A stretch of 64,000 bases of DNA from Phoronis australis (GCA_002633005.1 NMRA01000123.1:708656-772655); one strand, 5' to 3'. Shown: positions 36,501 through 51,500, counted from the first letter of the stretch. Numbers and translations are program-made. Notes: generated by a model not told the origin, from the sequence alone.

Positions 36501-39500
36501 CACAATATCATTCCTCAGTTCATCCACCTGCGACAGAAGATCTTCATTTTCGGCAGAAAGTATTCCGTTCTCATCCTTTAGACGATTTCTAACCTTCTCC
36601 AGTTCCATCTGTAAGAAAAAGACTGTCAGAATTCACCTCACCTAGAGAGAATCTTTCAGTGCACTTGGCTGTGACTTATGCAAGTTTTACTGTAAATCAT
36701 TCAAACAATACAGGCTAGCCGTGTAATTGAGATCAAGGACTGTTTCATATGCAAAAGTAGGATTATCATCTTGTGTTGTAAAGAAAGCAGCATGCATACG
36801 AACAAACATCATAAATTTTTCCAGTATATGACACCCAATTCACACAACCCTTAAACCATACAAGTATCCTTGCACCTAGCTGTGAACTTTGACACACTTA
36901 AGTGATCACTTGGTTCAACAGATGACCTTTGACCCAATCTAAAACCCTCGTCTGAAATAACTCATCACCCCACACAGGTAACCTGTGATCACTGCAATTT
37001 TTAACTCAAATGACCCATGACCAACACAGTTGCCCTTGACATAATTCTTAATTAAATGACCCATGAAACACACATGTAACACTTGACATAATTCTTAACT
37101 TAAAAGGATACCAAACCTAGTTTGGCCTATTACACTATCTAAAAGTGACTTTCCCATCCAGTTAATCTCTGAATCAAAATCATGCTCTGTAACCCTCGAC
37201 AACCCCCATAAGTTTGGAGGAAAATTAGAAAACTCCTTTCAAAGACTGCTAAACGGGCAAGTGTGACCTATGCTTTTAGCAATTATACACGACAACTGTC
37301 GGACAAGACCACTCACCAAGGACCATAACATCCAAATTGGGACATAGGGAGTATGAGATTAGTTGATTCCTGTCTCTAACTTGGAATATTGACACTTATG
37401 ATGCATTAGCAGGTAACAGAATGAGAATTGGTTGAAATCATCAAAACAGGGTTTAGGATGCTTTTAAATGACTCATGACTCACATAGTTGACCCTTGACC
37501 CACCTTAGTCTGGTAGAGCTCCGCATTCATTTTGTCAAGGTTGCCCTGTGCCACCTGCCGTGTCTCGTCTGCTTCCTCAAGTTTATTGATGACTTCAGCC
37601 TGAACACACATTTAAAGGGATCATTATCACGTTTACCTGAGCACAGTTGGAGCTTATCTATACTGATTTGAACAATTGCATTGTTCTGCAAAGGCATCAT
37701 ACGATGCAGTGAAAGAAATAAAAATATATTCCAATTTTTTAATCTATGTACTACATTCTTGAGGAAAGTAATATAGAGTATTTGCAGTAAACTATGGGAA
37801 AAAGACCAATCAGTAGTAAATCACAGCCAATTCTACTTAGCTCAAGGTGAAATTCAACACGGATTACATATTTCAATAGGAAAAGCCGATAAATAAAGCA
37901 GACTGTATGTTACATTGACCAAGGCTCCCTAACTATACTTCACAGCTGCTATTAAACAGGTTGTTAACTTCATGCCAACAATCAAACTCAATGCACAATT
38001 CACACAACGGGTAAGCAGGTTCTGATGTTCAAATCACAGAGTGTTGGTCGAGGTGGGAAGACATCTATCTGTTGATAAATACCTACAATGATCTTAATGT
38101 AAACAAAGCTCTGGTAAAAATTTTGTGGAAGATGAATTTCTTTTTATTGTATGTCCCCTCCACAATGATTTACGAATAAGATTGCTGCCTAACTTACATT
38201 GGACCAATTATAGTGATCGTTCCTTTTTGAGCTTAACGAGAATTTTTGAACCCTGTGTGCTGAAAATTTTGATGAAGTGTGTGTATCACGCTTCTGTACT
38301 CAGAAGGATGCCTAAAATATTATGTGCGCACGTATGTGCACTCATATATTGTATTTTATATATGTTGTGGGCCGACGGCCTCAAGTGCAAAAATAAATGA
38401 TGAAAAAAAGAGTTGGAACGAGAATCACACAAATATTCCAAAGTCTCAACTGAACAGGAAGAGCACAACTTGCCTGCTGATTGGTTGACTTGTTCCGTTC
38501 TTCAGCCCACGTGTCATGCAATCTCTGCTGCTCTTCATTGATCTGTTCCTGCAGCTGACGTGTCGTCTTCTCTTGGTGAAGTTGACGACCAATGTCTTCT
38601 TTTTCCTCCTCCATCTGTGAAAATCAATCAAGTGCTTAGAGTGTTTAAGCGTTAGCGTGTTGGTACTTATCAACAACTTGATCAAGAATACCGAGTCTGA
38701 CGTAGCACAAACCATGAACGCATGCAGAATTTACCACCAGGTGAGAATTGAACTAGTTCGAACTATTTTGAAATTTCATTTTGTACAGTTGTCATAGTTG
38801 AACCAGGGAATGTTCAAGAGTCAAGTTTCACACACCCTTGAGAAAGTGCGCCTTGCTACCCGATTAACCTTGTATAACTTGGCATGTCACTGATCAATGA
38901 ACAATTACAAACACCAGTTCCCTTTAATTTCAGAATGGTGTGCTTTACAACATGCATATGCCTGAATATCTTCAATACAATTATTGTATTGTTCATAACT
39001 ATTCAATTCTCAATAAACAGGACAGCTGGTACACCTCGGCAGCTGACATGGCCTATAGGCGTTACACCTGCCCTTGAAACAACCCGCGAAGCATATTTGA
39101 CCTGGTCTCAAACTAATTAATAACTGTGCCAACAACAGTTAGAAACAGAAGATAAATTCTGATGACCTGAATTTTTCACAAGATTTACAAGCACGTACAA
39201 ATAAAGGTTTAAACATTTCAGAAAGGTAATGTGTTAGAGAGTGGAAAAATTCTTAACCGCAATATGGCTGCCGGCTCTAGTTAAGAATATTCAATTTGAA
39301 TGAACCTTTCATACCTGTCTCAAGGCCAGCTGCAGGCTCCTCACCTCCATTTGAGCATTACGTAAGTTCATGTCTGCCTTCTGTTTGCTTTCAATCTCGC
39401 TGAAAATTAGACAACATTTTTAACTACCATACTTTTACAACAGTCAAACACATCTCTAAAATAGTCAGCATGTAAACAAACTATTAACTAAGGTAAAATC

Positions 39501-42500
39501 TCCACATTTTAGGAACAACGCGGCAGGAAGTAAATAATGTTTTATTTTGTATTTTCTTCATAAAATATCAGTAATGCTAAATAAACACTTGACCATTTTT
39601 AAGTTACTATATACTAATTTAAAGGTACTGTAAGATAGCATAGGCATTCACAGCAATGTTAGAAATCTTAATGCGAAAGATGAAAAAAATTCATTTTGGC
39701 AATGATTTTTTGGCTGACCTTGGTGAAATTTTTGTTTACACTTAACCAACTCATTGAGACAGATATCACCCTCGCTTAAGATAAAGGCAACACAAAATTC
39801 ATCGAATTCTCTTATCTGCAGAACGTTGTGACATTGCCTCGGGCAAAAACCGATCGCCTCAGCATATGACACCTGGCAAAAAAAAATTAGTAAGATCTTC
39901 CACAATCCTCATTTGAAACAGGAACTTTAAACTCCATAACATAACAAGTGACTGTAAGCAGCATTAAGCCTGGAGTAAGGAAAATATTATGACGAAGATA
40001 GAGCACATTTATTAGTACATGAAATTATACCTTGTGAAAAATGATGCAGTTGGACTATCCATAAATGAGATAAGTGAATTTCAATAACACAGGTTCAGCT
40101 ACACGAGTCCCGTACCGTTTCTGATAATGTTTATAACTCAGGGTCACTACATAGATCTCCGCCCGTCACTCATAAAGTTTATTGCTCCTCCTTCTGTGGA
40201 CTATACCCAGATTTGATCCGTCACTCATCTAGTATACTTCTTTCCTTCTGTGGTCACTAATAAGACCTCAGTCACTCACCCACCTGATGTTCTTCCTGCT
40301 TCCCTCATGTCTACCAAGATCTCAGCAGTCATGAACATGTCAGCCGTCACTCATCCGATATATTGCTCCTCCTCCTATGGTCTCCATCCAAATCTTAACT
40401 GCCACTCACCTGGTGTATAGCTCCTCCTCCTACAGTTATTACCCACATCTCAGCTGTCACTCACCTGGTGTATAGCTTCTCCTTCTACATTTATTACCCA
40501 CATCTCAGCTGTCACTCACCTGGTGTATAGCTCCTCCTCCTACAGTTATTACCCACATCTCAGCTGTCACTCACCTGGTGTATTGCTCCTCCTTTCTCGA
40601 CAATTGTTGCTTGGTCTTCTGAAGGAGAACCTCAGCATTCTTCCGCTTCTCCACCTCTTCATTCACATTGTACCTGCAAGTCATAAGTCATACTCCACTA
40701 TGCACAAAAAGTAATGATTGAAAATGACTCAAAATTTCTCCATCTTGACTGCGTCACAGTAGTTATCCATCATGATTAGGAATGATGGCATTCATCGGAA
40801 AATATCATGCTAAACAAGCCAGTTTATAGACAGGATTTTGCCAAAGTGACAAGCCATTAGTCACCATTTCTTGCAAAAAAATCTAATTTCGCCATCATGA
40901 CGAGAGCAAATAAATTGTCCATAGTCATTTTTGGTGTGTACAGTATGCCCTACATGAGCTTTAGAAACATTCATTTCAAGAACACCAAAAATGACTAATT
41001 AAAGCAACAATTTGCATGTGCTTACCTTGGGCTCACAACTAGTGAGACTATTACGTTAGGAAACAAAATTATTGCAGTAACGACTTTTGCTTTGATTTTA
41101 TGTTTGTCAGACAACATAGTACAAGATCCGAAATACAGCAGATAACACCAGTCAGTATGACTGGACACTCAATGAATCCTTTTAGTTACTTACTCCAGAT
41201 TCCTTATCTTTGCTTCCAGGTCTAGCTTGCTCTGTTCCAGCAGAGATCGACTCTGGGTCAGGTTGTCAATTTTTCTACAAAATTGATAAAAACATGAGAA
41301 TGGAATTATTTTGGCCATAGCTAGTTTCCAAAAGTGACTCACAGCAAGAAATTGAGTACAGAAAAACTAGTCTGGACCCTGTTCCCAGTATTCAAGTAAC
41401 TAGGGAATGTGTTTGACCTATTCCGTTGTAAATTAACTAAAAATCTACGAAGATTACCTCAAAGATCGCCAATTGAACAAAACTTGTCCAATGGCAGTTT
41501 TCAAGAAAGAGCACGTTCTCAAAAAATCCTGACAGCAAATCTAACATTTGTGAAGCAAGTGTCACAAAACCGAGGTTTTTTAAGCATTCCAAAACCAAGA
41601 GTACATTCAAAGCTTAGCATTATTACCTATTGAGATCATTCTTCTCTTTCTCCCAACTCTTCTTCCTGTTCTCCAAGTTTGTCCTTAGGTTTCGCTCTTT
41701 GTCCAGCTGTTTCCTCAACTCCCGTAATTGATCTGTTGAACTGCTGAGGCCAGTTGTATCTGCGCAAATGAGAAAAAAAAAACAACAAAACTGAGTTAAT
41801 TATGAGATAGACATCTCTCATCACTTTTCACCAAGTCGGGCAACGCAGATAACTTAAAGCACGAAAAATGATAATCCAAGATTTTCAGAACGCGAGTATT
41901 GATAAATCACGAAAATGATACAAAAAAGATTTAAAATATGAAAATTTGGCACAATGATGCAAGCTCACGTTCAAGGGCTTGGTGTGTGAAAAGCCAAATG
42001 GCCACCAGTGAAAGTGATGGGAGTGGTCAAGTATAGCCATGAGGCTCACTATTTACGTTTCATCAGTCAAAACATTATGCTCATCAAGCTGTGACCAGAG
42101 AGTAGATTCTGTCAGCCGTGTTACTAGAACAGATATATTCAGCTTCAGGTTACTGGTGTACAAACACCGATAATAAAAAATACCCCCATACACGCACACA
42201 CAGAATGGGATCATCTCTCACTGTGCGCTACAAACATTTTCCCAATGCATGCCATGTGCCAACAGTTGTACAAGATATTAAAGTGGCAGTAAGCCTGAGT
42301 ACTCCTTCAAAGAAACAAATTCTAATTTAGAACACACGCCGCTTTGAAATTGGGCCTCAACTTGTTCATGATTCAGATAAGAACTTCAAGAGATTTTTGG
42401 TTTTGCTAAGAATTGGCAGTTCACTATTGCTCGAGACCACGCTTGGCAAATAAAATGACACGGCGAGACAAGCAAACTTGTAGAGTCTTGCCTTGAGTAA

Positions 42501-45500
42501 TGACAACTGTTGGTTCTTTACAAGCCTAGAAATTACGCGTATTTTTACAAGGAACAAAACCGAGACCAATTTCATGACAATGACTCATTAAAATCAAAAT
42601 TTGTTCTTTGTGATGGAAGGTGGGCTTATGACCACTTTAAGTAAAGGCTCTTCATCGGCTGCTATGGTCATACCGTTGAGTCCAAGTGACCGGTTCTGGA
42701 AATCTCTTGTCGGAGAGTAGATCTCACGAGGCTCATCATTTTCTGTTGACGAGTATGACAGTCCATCATCGTCCGGATTCATGGTGCCATTAGTGATACC
42801 ATTCTTAGGACTGAGATAGAGAGCAAAGGAAGGATTTGTATGACTTGAACAAACAGAATCTTATGTTTCACTTATGTGCTCTTGGGTCAAACGGTATGTA
42901 ATATTTCAAACAAAACCTTTCGATTAATTTTGAACCCTATTCATGAAATACCATAATTTCATGAAATGCTCTAATTAAATTTTTACACATTTTCTAATAA
43001 CACTAACAATGATGGAGGAATATCATCATTAATCTCATGTACTTTGGCTACAAGAGGAAGACTTGTTATTCTTTGCCTTTAGATGCAGAACGTGCCAAGA
43101 GCAATTAAAATTAAAAATACAATTTCCCCCATAATGAATGCTACATCTGAACATGATGTAAATGACAGGTAACTAATATCTCTTATTCCAGTGAAATTCA
43201 AACCATACAATGGCATTTTCAAATTTAGTTGAAAACTTTCACCTTTTCCCAACTTGTCTAATGGCTAATACTGTGACAATGAATGTTGTAAGCACTGAGC
43301 TATCACGTGTACCTGAATGAACTCGGGATGGGGGGATTCAGCTATAACGCTTCTGTTGTCTTTCAGGTGCATTGTGGGATGGTAGTCAGCTGGTAAATAC
43401 ACAGTGACATCACAGATAGCTAGGTGACGTATAAACAATGTGTTGAAAAACAACACTTGTCATTACAGCACAAAATTGAAAGCATAGGATCATTGCAACA
43501 TGGCTTACCGTGCCAATAAGAATAAGCAACCAACAGACTGAAAGTCAGCATCAAAATGTATTGAATCTACACACAAGTTTCACGAGAAATGTAGATTATC
43601 CATCAAATTACACACCAAGAAGATATCTGTGATGTCACCAGATCTTTGAGCCATCAACCATCCCGTAAAGCATTTGAAAACACAACAGCAACGAACTCCC
43701 CCGAATTGTATCAAGAAAGAAAGCCTCACGCTGTTAAGAAGTCTTCTTGCAGTGATTCTCCAAAGTCACTCTCGGTGATCGAGTCGTCTAGGCTATTAGC
43801 TGTTCTACGCGCCATGCGAGTGCGCGCCTCCTGCAGCTCTCTCTCCGCTCGCTCACGCCGTGCGCGGATCTCGCGCGACTTCTCGTCCTCCTTGTCAGAG
43901 ATGTTGTTGATACGCTCCAGTTCTTCCCTGCACACAATGTGATAGAATGTTACATATGTAATATTACACAAGCATTGACAGATATGGTCCCAATATTCAT
44001 TTATTATTACACGGCCACAGGTTTTTCGTCCCTCTGATTTGTTTGCCTCCCTACATAGGCATAATTTTACCTGCTTTGATGTATTGACATTGCCTACTCG
44101 CTTTGTTGTCAGTTTCGACGCCCGGATGCATGAAATAATCCTAAATAAGGACTCAGGTGTGATTCTCGATTTTTCTTTCCACCCTCATTGTCCTTTCTTA
44201 TTCAGTCTTATTCTCATTACTGAGTCCATTTTGACAATCACGGGATAGTGGCTTTAACAAATGTTTTAACGGGATTTGACGAAAAAAATATGCGGTTAAG
44301 TGCTGGTGTATTAACTGCATGGCAAATGACACATAGAACATCTGCAGTGAACACAACGCATCTGAAAAAATCTCTGTTAAATGCGACTGTTCAATATGGA
44401 GTAAGACAAGGTTTAAGAAATGTTCAATATGGAGTAAGACAAGGTTTAAGATTGTTCAATTTGTAGTAAAACTTTAAGCCCGTTCAACACGGAGTATAAT
44501 GTGGATTTAAGACTGGTCAATATAGAATAACACATAGGTTTAATACAGCTAAATATGGAGTACCGTAAGACATGGGTTTAAGACTACCATATTCCATAAG
44601 CAATAATTAAAGACATAGGTTTAAAGGCCCTTTCATACTAATATGGAGGCGTCAGTGTTTTGGGGAGTTGTGAACGGTTAACTTTGGTCCTGGATTGAAG
44701 ATAACAGCACTGGTTAACTTCGCAGCAAACAGGTCAATTTAACAGCAGAGCGTCCACACTGCGGTGCAATATGAACGGTCAACTTCAGTCCCATCAAAAT
44801 TATCACCAGGGGCCACTGTTATCGTCAACAATTTTAATTTACAAAAAGGCAGTGTCGTCGCCAATAGTTGCTTATATTTTGCTCAAATAACGGCCAAGCA
44901 AATTAGAAATAAGTTTTATGTCAATTAGCACATGTAAATGTTCCCAAGTTGTCGCATTATAAAACCTTAGCGTACAGGCGATGCATCAGCTCTACCTTGC
45001 GATATTTTGATGACAACAGCGTCCGTCATCTACCGTTTACTTCGATGTCCGTTAACAACCGAAGCCAGTATGAACGGTTCAGTTAACTTTGCAGTTTACG
45101 TAGAAGCTCCGCTCAGAGTTAAGTCAGTATCAAAAGGCCTTACGACTGCCGACTGTTCAATATGGAATAATCAAGACACGTGGATTGATCTTCGATTGCA
45201 CTGCAACTTCTCTGAAGTCATGACCCCGCACTAGCTCGATCAGCCACACATCAATCACTGGCAATCGGAAGGTACATGTACATTTCGAAATATTGAAGTT
45301 GTACCGTATTGTTCCAAAACTGTTCAACGGAAGCAGCAGCAGAGAATCCATAGTCAAGTTGTATGCCACGCAGTCGTTTATCCTAGGCAAGCCACATTGT
45401 TTAAAAACTTCGCCTGCGTGCATTTTTGTTGATTCCCAAAACCTGGCTACAATTGCTGAGGGTGAACCAATCAGGCCTTTATGCAGCGTATGGCCTGGGC

Positions 45501-48500
45501 GTCCAAATGGACGCCCTGGCACTAATGTGGAAGCCCTGGCAAGGATGCCCAATGTATCATTTGGATGCCCACTGTCAATAGGAACCTTTCAAGTTTGGAC
45601 TCGCACATTGTAATGAATACTAGGAAGCCTCTGAAGGCTCACAGTGGGCGCTCTTTTTCAAAGCAGGAAGATATATACAATGTATATACAAAGTATATGC
45701 ATTGTTGCTATTTTGACACTTGATTGACAGCATTGTAAAAGTCTTGGTCTACACAGTTTTTTTTAGTTAAAATGCTTACCATAGAAGGCTGTTTTATAAA
45801 CTCAGATGTAAAAACCTTGATCTAGATGCATTTTTTTTTAAATCTGTGTGTTTGGGGGTATTGCTGGGGGTGGGGGGTTACGCGTCGGAATCATGGACGC
45901 CCTGGAATATTGGGAACCCCATTTTGGACACCCTATTTTCAAAATGCTGGATAAAGGCCTGGAACCAATCATGCCCTTTTTGGTCTGACTACTACTGCAT
46001 TGATAATTTATTTTACAGCACAGTTTTGCTCAACAGCCCAATACCGCTACAGGCACCCATAATCCTGCATGAAGACCTCCACGCAGCAATTCCCAAAGGA
46101 TGATGCTAAATACCAAGTAGTAAACTATGAACACCAACTGGACATCTACACAACAAATATTCTTAGAGAGGTGTAACTTGTAAGGATGGTAATGGACAGA
46201 GGATTTGTAACTGAATATTGTTGTTCAAGCCACTGCATTTTTAATATGAATAACTGGATGGTGTTAAAAGATTACTTGGAAATCTGAAGAGTTTATTCCT
46301 ACAATTCGAATAGAATTAACCCACTATTGGAAATTGATCAAATTTAAACAACAATGACTTGAGAGGCAGGCCATTATCAAGCCTAATGAGATGAACAATG
46401 AATGTCCTCACTATAAACTTGTACTCGCTGATTAGGATTTGAACAAGTTCTTAATGAACATGATGCTGGGTAACATCATAACCTGCAGTGGATTGAAGTT
46501 GCCAGACAGCAAAGCAACATAAAACTGACGATGCATCAAAACTGAAACCAAATCAACAAACCTCCTACCTGACAAATCAGTCACCTAGCGTTCTACAAAC
46601 TCTACATCTCACTGCAGCATTCACAGTTAGCCTGATCATATTACAATCCTATTCACACATTCCCAGTAGTTACAGCCTGTCAAACAATGCCAGCCTATGA
46701 TCCCAGGGGAATTTCCAAATGCTGCCTAGACTATATCCTCACAACAAGCTGTTAATCGCCTCTGTCAATCAATGTTGAGTTTCAAATGCACACAACCCCC
46801 ACTACTATAGCTCAACCAGCTTTACTATAACCCAGTCACAACCACAACACAAACAAAGACTGTAGGTGAGCAGACAAGCTAGTGTATTGTAATTGTGAAA
46901 ACAGCTAAATTTTAACAACACAAAGCGTGCCATTCACTCTCTCTCAGTGGAGCGGAATGCTCAGGCATTGAATAGACTGGAATATTTAAATTAGCAGATG
47001 CATTGCCATAAAACATTAACTGGTTGAATAAGTGAAAAGCATGACGACCATATGAAAAAAATGATAATAAAACATTGTGATTTTTATTGCGCATTCTGAA
47101 AGATCATAAATATGAAGGTAAATCAGTTTTACAGCTTCATAATAACAGGCCTGAATACTAAATGTATGTTAACTGTACAACACCTTAAACTGAAAGAAAC
47201 AGAATGCATAGCTGACCTATAACACAACTATACCTAAATCTAAGATGACGGTACATTTTAAGTAATATTCACCTCTTGCAAAACATTAGTTTTGCATTAC
47301 CAAGCAGCAGATAGTGTCAGTCAACAACAATGCAGCTTAAAACATCACCCACCTAGGGTGCCTTACAGATCACGGAACAAAAAATAAAACCGGCAGTTCC
47401 TGACTTGAGGACCTAGGGGAATCTCCTAAAGAAGAGTTATGTACAACTACAGCCTCGTGACCTTTTCATGACCAGCTTCCCTGCAAAAAGGCACTCTTTT
47501 TTTCGGCCAAATTTACCAATGACTTGTGTCATTTCCCCAATAGTGCCTTCACTACATGGCATTCAAACTCTAAATATGGTTCTCATATCCTACTTGAAAA
47601 TCAACACACCAGTATTGCTCTTCGTGTTATCCAATTTTTCAAAACTTTGGCTTTAGAAGACTCACTCAACTTTGTCAAAAAGGCATCTTGTTTTTCACTG
47701 TTGCAGGCTTAATGTGTCAATCCTTGCAAAAGGGTGAGGGATTAACTCTTAAAGGGTGGTGTTTCAGGAACAAATCCTTACAATTAAGGGTGACATTTTC
47801 ACTGAAGCTCCCTTCAAATGGGTCGGCTTTTTAGTGTATTATCCAAACTCCAGCCCCCATCCCCCATCAAAAATATAGTCGGCTTATGATGACCTAATTA
47901 TGCGTGAAATTTAATATTAAATGACCCAATTTCCTGCCACTAATAACTAAGTATTCTGTAGCCTAGGTGAAATCAATACTCTAAGCCAGTGATTAATGTA
48001 CGCAATAATATAACAAATCTAGGATGAAATATGGCCGACAAGTCAACTGTTATTTCAACTGATTGTTTTTGTTCATAAAAGAGTGTTACTACCTCATTGA
48101 TGCTTTACTATCTTCAAGCTTAGCTACTACTACCATTGGGACAATATTTTGACAAACTGCTGGCGTCAACAACGTTATGAGTCAGTGCACTATAAAAGTA
48201 GCCAATTTAGACACTCAGTGGTGAGACTATACATATCAAATATGACATCAGAGTGAACTCATTTGGATTCTGTACTGAACAAAATGAGCATTCGGTAGAA
48301 TCATTGTATTCCATTGTATTTCATTGTATTTCATGGCATCTTCGCATCATTTTGCTTGTGGTAAAGCGTTCAGGCTTCCCTGACAATCGGACTACTTGAC
48401 CAAGTGTATACTTACACAGTGCATCAATGTTTACTACCAAAACCAGGATGCCAATTGCCTGTTTCACTTCATTGCTTTGGACTAAGGGTTAACATCATCA

Positions 48501-51500
48501 AAACACCATTTAGAACCAACAGTCTGTACTGATTTTGAAACTACCAACGCTTCCTGGACACTATGGCACACTGATAGCAAAATGCAAACAGTTCTAAACA
48601 AACAACATCTCACTTTTTTAAATCTTACCTGCCCATTTCTGAAGTGTCCTACTTTTAAATTGATTTTCACCTGTTTAGGTTAACGGATTACATGTCAAAC
48701 GAACACCGCCATATTAAAGCACACGTCAAAATATAAAACCTAACCCAAGCCAGCACTGTTTGCTAACAACTGCTATCTCTATATAATACAAGGATTTGAT
48801 AGCATTTCTTTGTTGACAGAGATTCTAGGTTAGACATTATCAGATTTTGAAACGCACTAAATCAACCATGACCCGGGGGGTAGACTCATCTTGACAAATT
48901 CAGGAGGGATTGGAGATATCGATTACAGTAATTTCAAAAAGGACCAAAACACCTGTATAAATTGCAGCATTAAAACAAACAAAGTATTCCACCCCATAAC
49001 ATGATCGAAAACAATGGTTTCAAAGACGGCACTTCGCTAAGCTGCGAGGTCAGAGAGAGACTATTCAATAACTCCTAAGTGCCAGGAGAGGTTTTTAATA
49101 CAGGAAACAATAATGTAAGGACCAGTGGAGCACATGTATTGACATGGGCACTGGAGTCTGCAGCAAACTTCACTCACAGCTTTTATTTGTCAACTGTTTT
49201 AAAAGTTTATTTAATTCCTAAAATGAGTTTGTATTTTGAGGGCTAAAAAATGCAATTTTGGCATTGCTGTTGAGTGGGAATGATTTCTTGGAGTTTGCTA
49301 GCTTGACTAGAGCCATAAAATATTACAGTTAATTGCTTTGTGATTTTAATATGAATTGGTAATTCTTGCCATTGTATGCCTGGCAATACACACAGTGAAG
49401 TTCAGGCCCGTGTCTTCACCCTTTAAGCATGCTTAAAATACTAAGTTATTTAATGCATGGGATTTTGATCAGTGACAGAGTGTGCGGCTGCAACTGTGGG
49501 TTTGATTTTGTGCTACTGCTAAGAATTCTCCTTTTCAATACCTGAGTAGGATGATCACAGTACACTTAAAAGACTGCACTGTGACAGTACCTCTGAGCAC
49601 TATTAAGATAGCATTTTTACACTAGAGGTCAGCACATGTTCAATTAGGAGCATGCTGCTGTTGTCCTTAACCACCATTGCTTATCCATATCACATGAATG
49701 CCGTTACCCATTAAAAATGTGTACCTTTAACAGGTAAGTATTTAAGTTATTATTTTAGGCTAATATTTGTGAGTCTCACGGGCTCACTTTTTAATTAAAC
49801 CACCCAGGGCTTGGAATGACAAAAAACGCGGAAACTTTTACGGCCCAAATCCGATAACCAGCCTTGAAATGGTCAATGTGAATCTTTCCCCGACAAAAAT
49901 CGGGAGGACTAAAAAAAAAGGTTACCACCATCACAAGCATGCGTCTGCGTCCTTTTAGCTCGCCCGTCCACTCCCCAACCCACACATTTTTGGCTGCAGA
50001 GCGGCAGTATTTGTCGCTGCACTTAACAATAACACGAGACGCCATTGAAAATCACACCACGCTGTCCCAGATGCCCCGGCAATGTTGACAATTTACGTTC
50101 CTCCAAAACATAAAGAGCAATGGCAACTTCCGCTTTTCGAGGTGAACGTCGTCTGCAACGCCGCGGTAAGAAAGGAATTTGCCGCGGAAATTTTATATCA
50201 AATCCGATTTTTTTACGCGGAAATATTATTTAAAAAGCGGAAAGCACATTTGGAAAAAGCGGAAATCCGCGTTTCCGCGGAAAATTCCAAGCCCTGACCA
50301 CCAAATGAACGAGAGCGCTTGGAGGTGCGACACTTGGCGGAATTACACGAAAACAGGACAACGGGGAGGACGACGATGACGATCATGACGATGAAGGCGG
50401 AGGTTATGAACAACACAATAACATTCATACGACGAACTTAGATGTCATAAATTAGTAATAAATAAGCTACAGTCTTGTTCAAATAAACTAAATCAACATC
50501 AATGCAGTAGGAGCGCTCAACAAAGGAACAGCGCTATCAGAAAATGTCAAATAATTCTAAAAGTAGACATCCTAGCGAAAAATGGAAAACATCTTCTGAA
50601 AGCCCATTTCAAACTCTATCTAAATTAATAGTTTCGCAACATTCCATATTTTTTTCAAAAAAATGAAAATTTGCGGGTTTTTTGAAATTCAAAGTCAAAT
50701 AACTCGAAAACAGTATGTCTGAGAAAAACGTTATCGCAGAACTTTTGAAAGAGCATACTTCATGGAATTCACAAGCAAAAATTCATGACATTTGCTCTTC
50801 CCGTTAAAAATGCGACCATAGAACGATTGAAAACGGGTGAAAATGCGCCAGAGCCGCCATCTTGAAAGTGACTTTTGGTTAAACAAAATTTTATAAAAGC
50901 CATTCAATAGCAACAAACACATGACCAGTTTGAAAGTGACTGGTTTGCCAATGCGCCCTCTACAGGAAAAAACGTTTTCGGCCAGTTACCGAGGTGCGCA
51001 TGCGCCAATGCCGATATTTCCGTCATCTTTGACTGGAAGTAAAAGATTTACGGCGCAGTTGTGGTGCTTGTGTGTTATAAAAATCGTACCAATTTTCGGC
51101 CCTGCACGTCGAAAAATGCGGCCTCTGGTCTTGTTCAACAGAAGCTAAACCAACATCAGTGCAGCAAGAGCCGTCAACAAAGGAACAGCGCTATCAGAAA
51201 ATCTCAAATAATTCAAAAAGTAGAAGTCGTAGCGACAAATGGAAAATATCTTCTGAAAGCTCGTCCAAAACTCTATCTAAATTGATAGTTTTGCAACATT
51301 CCATAAGTTTTTCAAAAAAATTGAAATTTTGCATTTTTTTGAAATTCAAAGTCAAATAATTCGAAAACGGTAAGTCTGAGAAAAACGTTATCATAGAACT
51401 TTTGAAAGAGCATACTTCAAGGAATCTACATGCAAAAATTCACGTCATTTGCTCTTCCCGTTAAAAATGCAACACCAGAACGATTGAAAACGGGTGAAAA

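Noticed and set aside
43313-43389. Possible extra minus-strand exon (CAG|CTGACTAC...CAG|GTAC)
   Set aside because: Its open frame is phase 1-0, whereas the flanking exons join directly in phase 2; the other frames contain stops.
47400-47870. Possible transposon remnant with G/C-run ends
   Set aside because: No convincing terminal inverted repeats or target duplication could be defined by eye.
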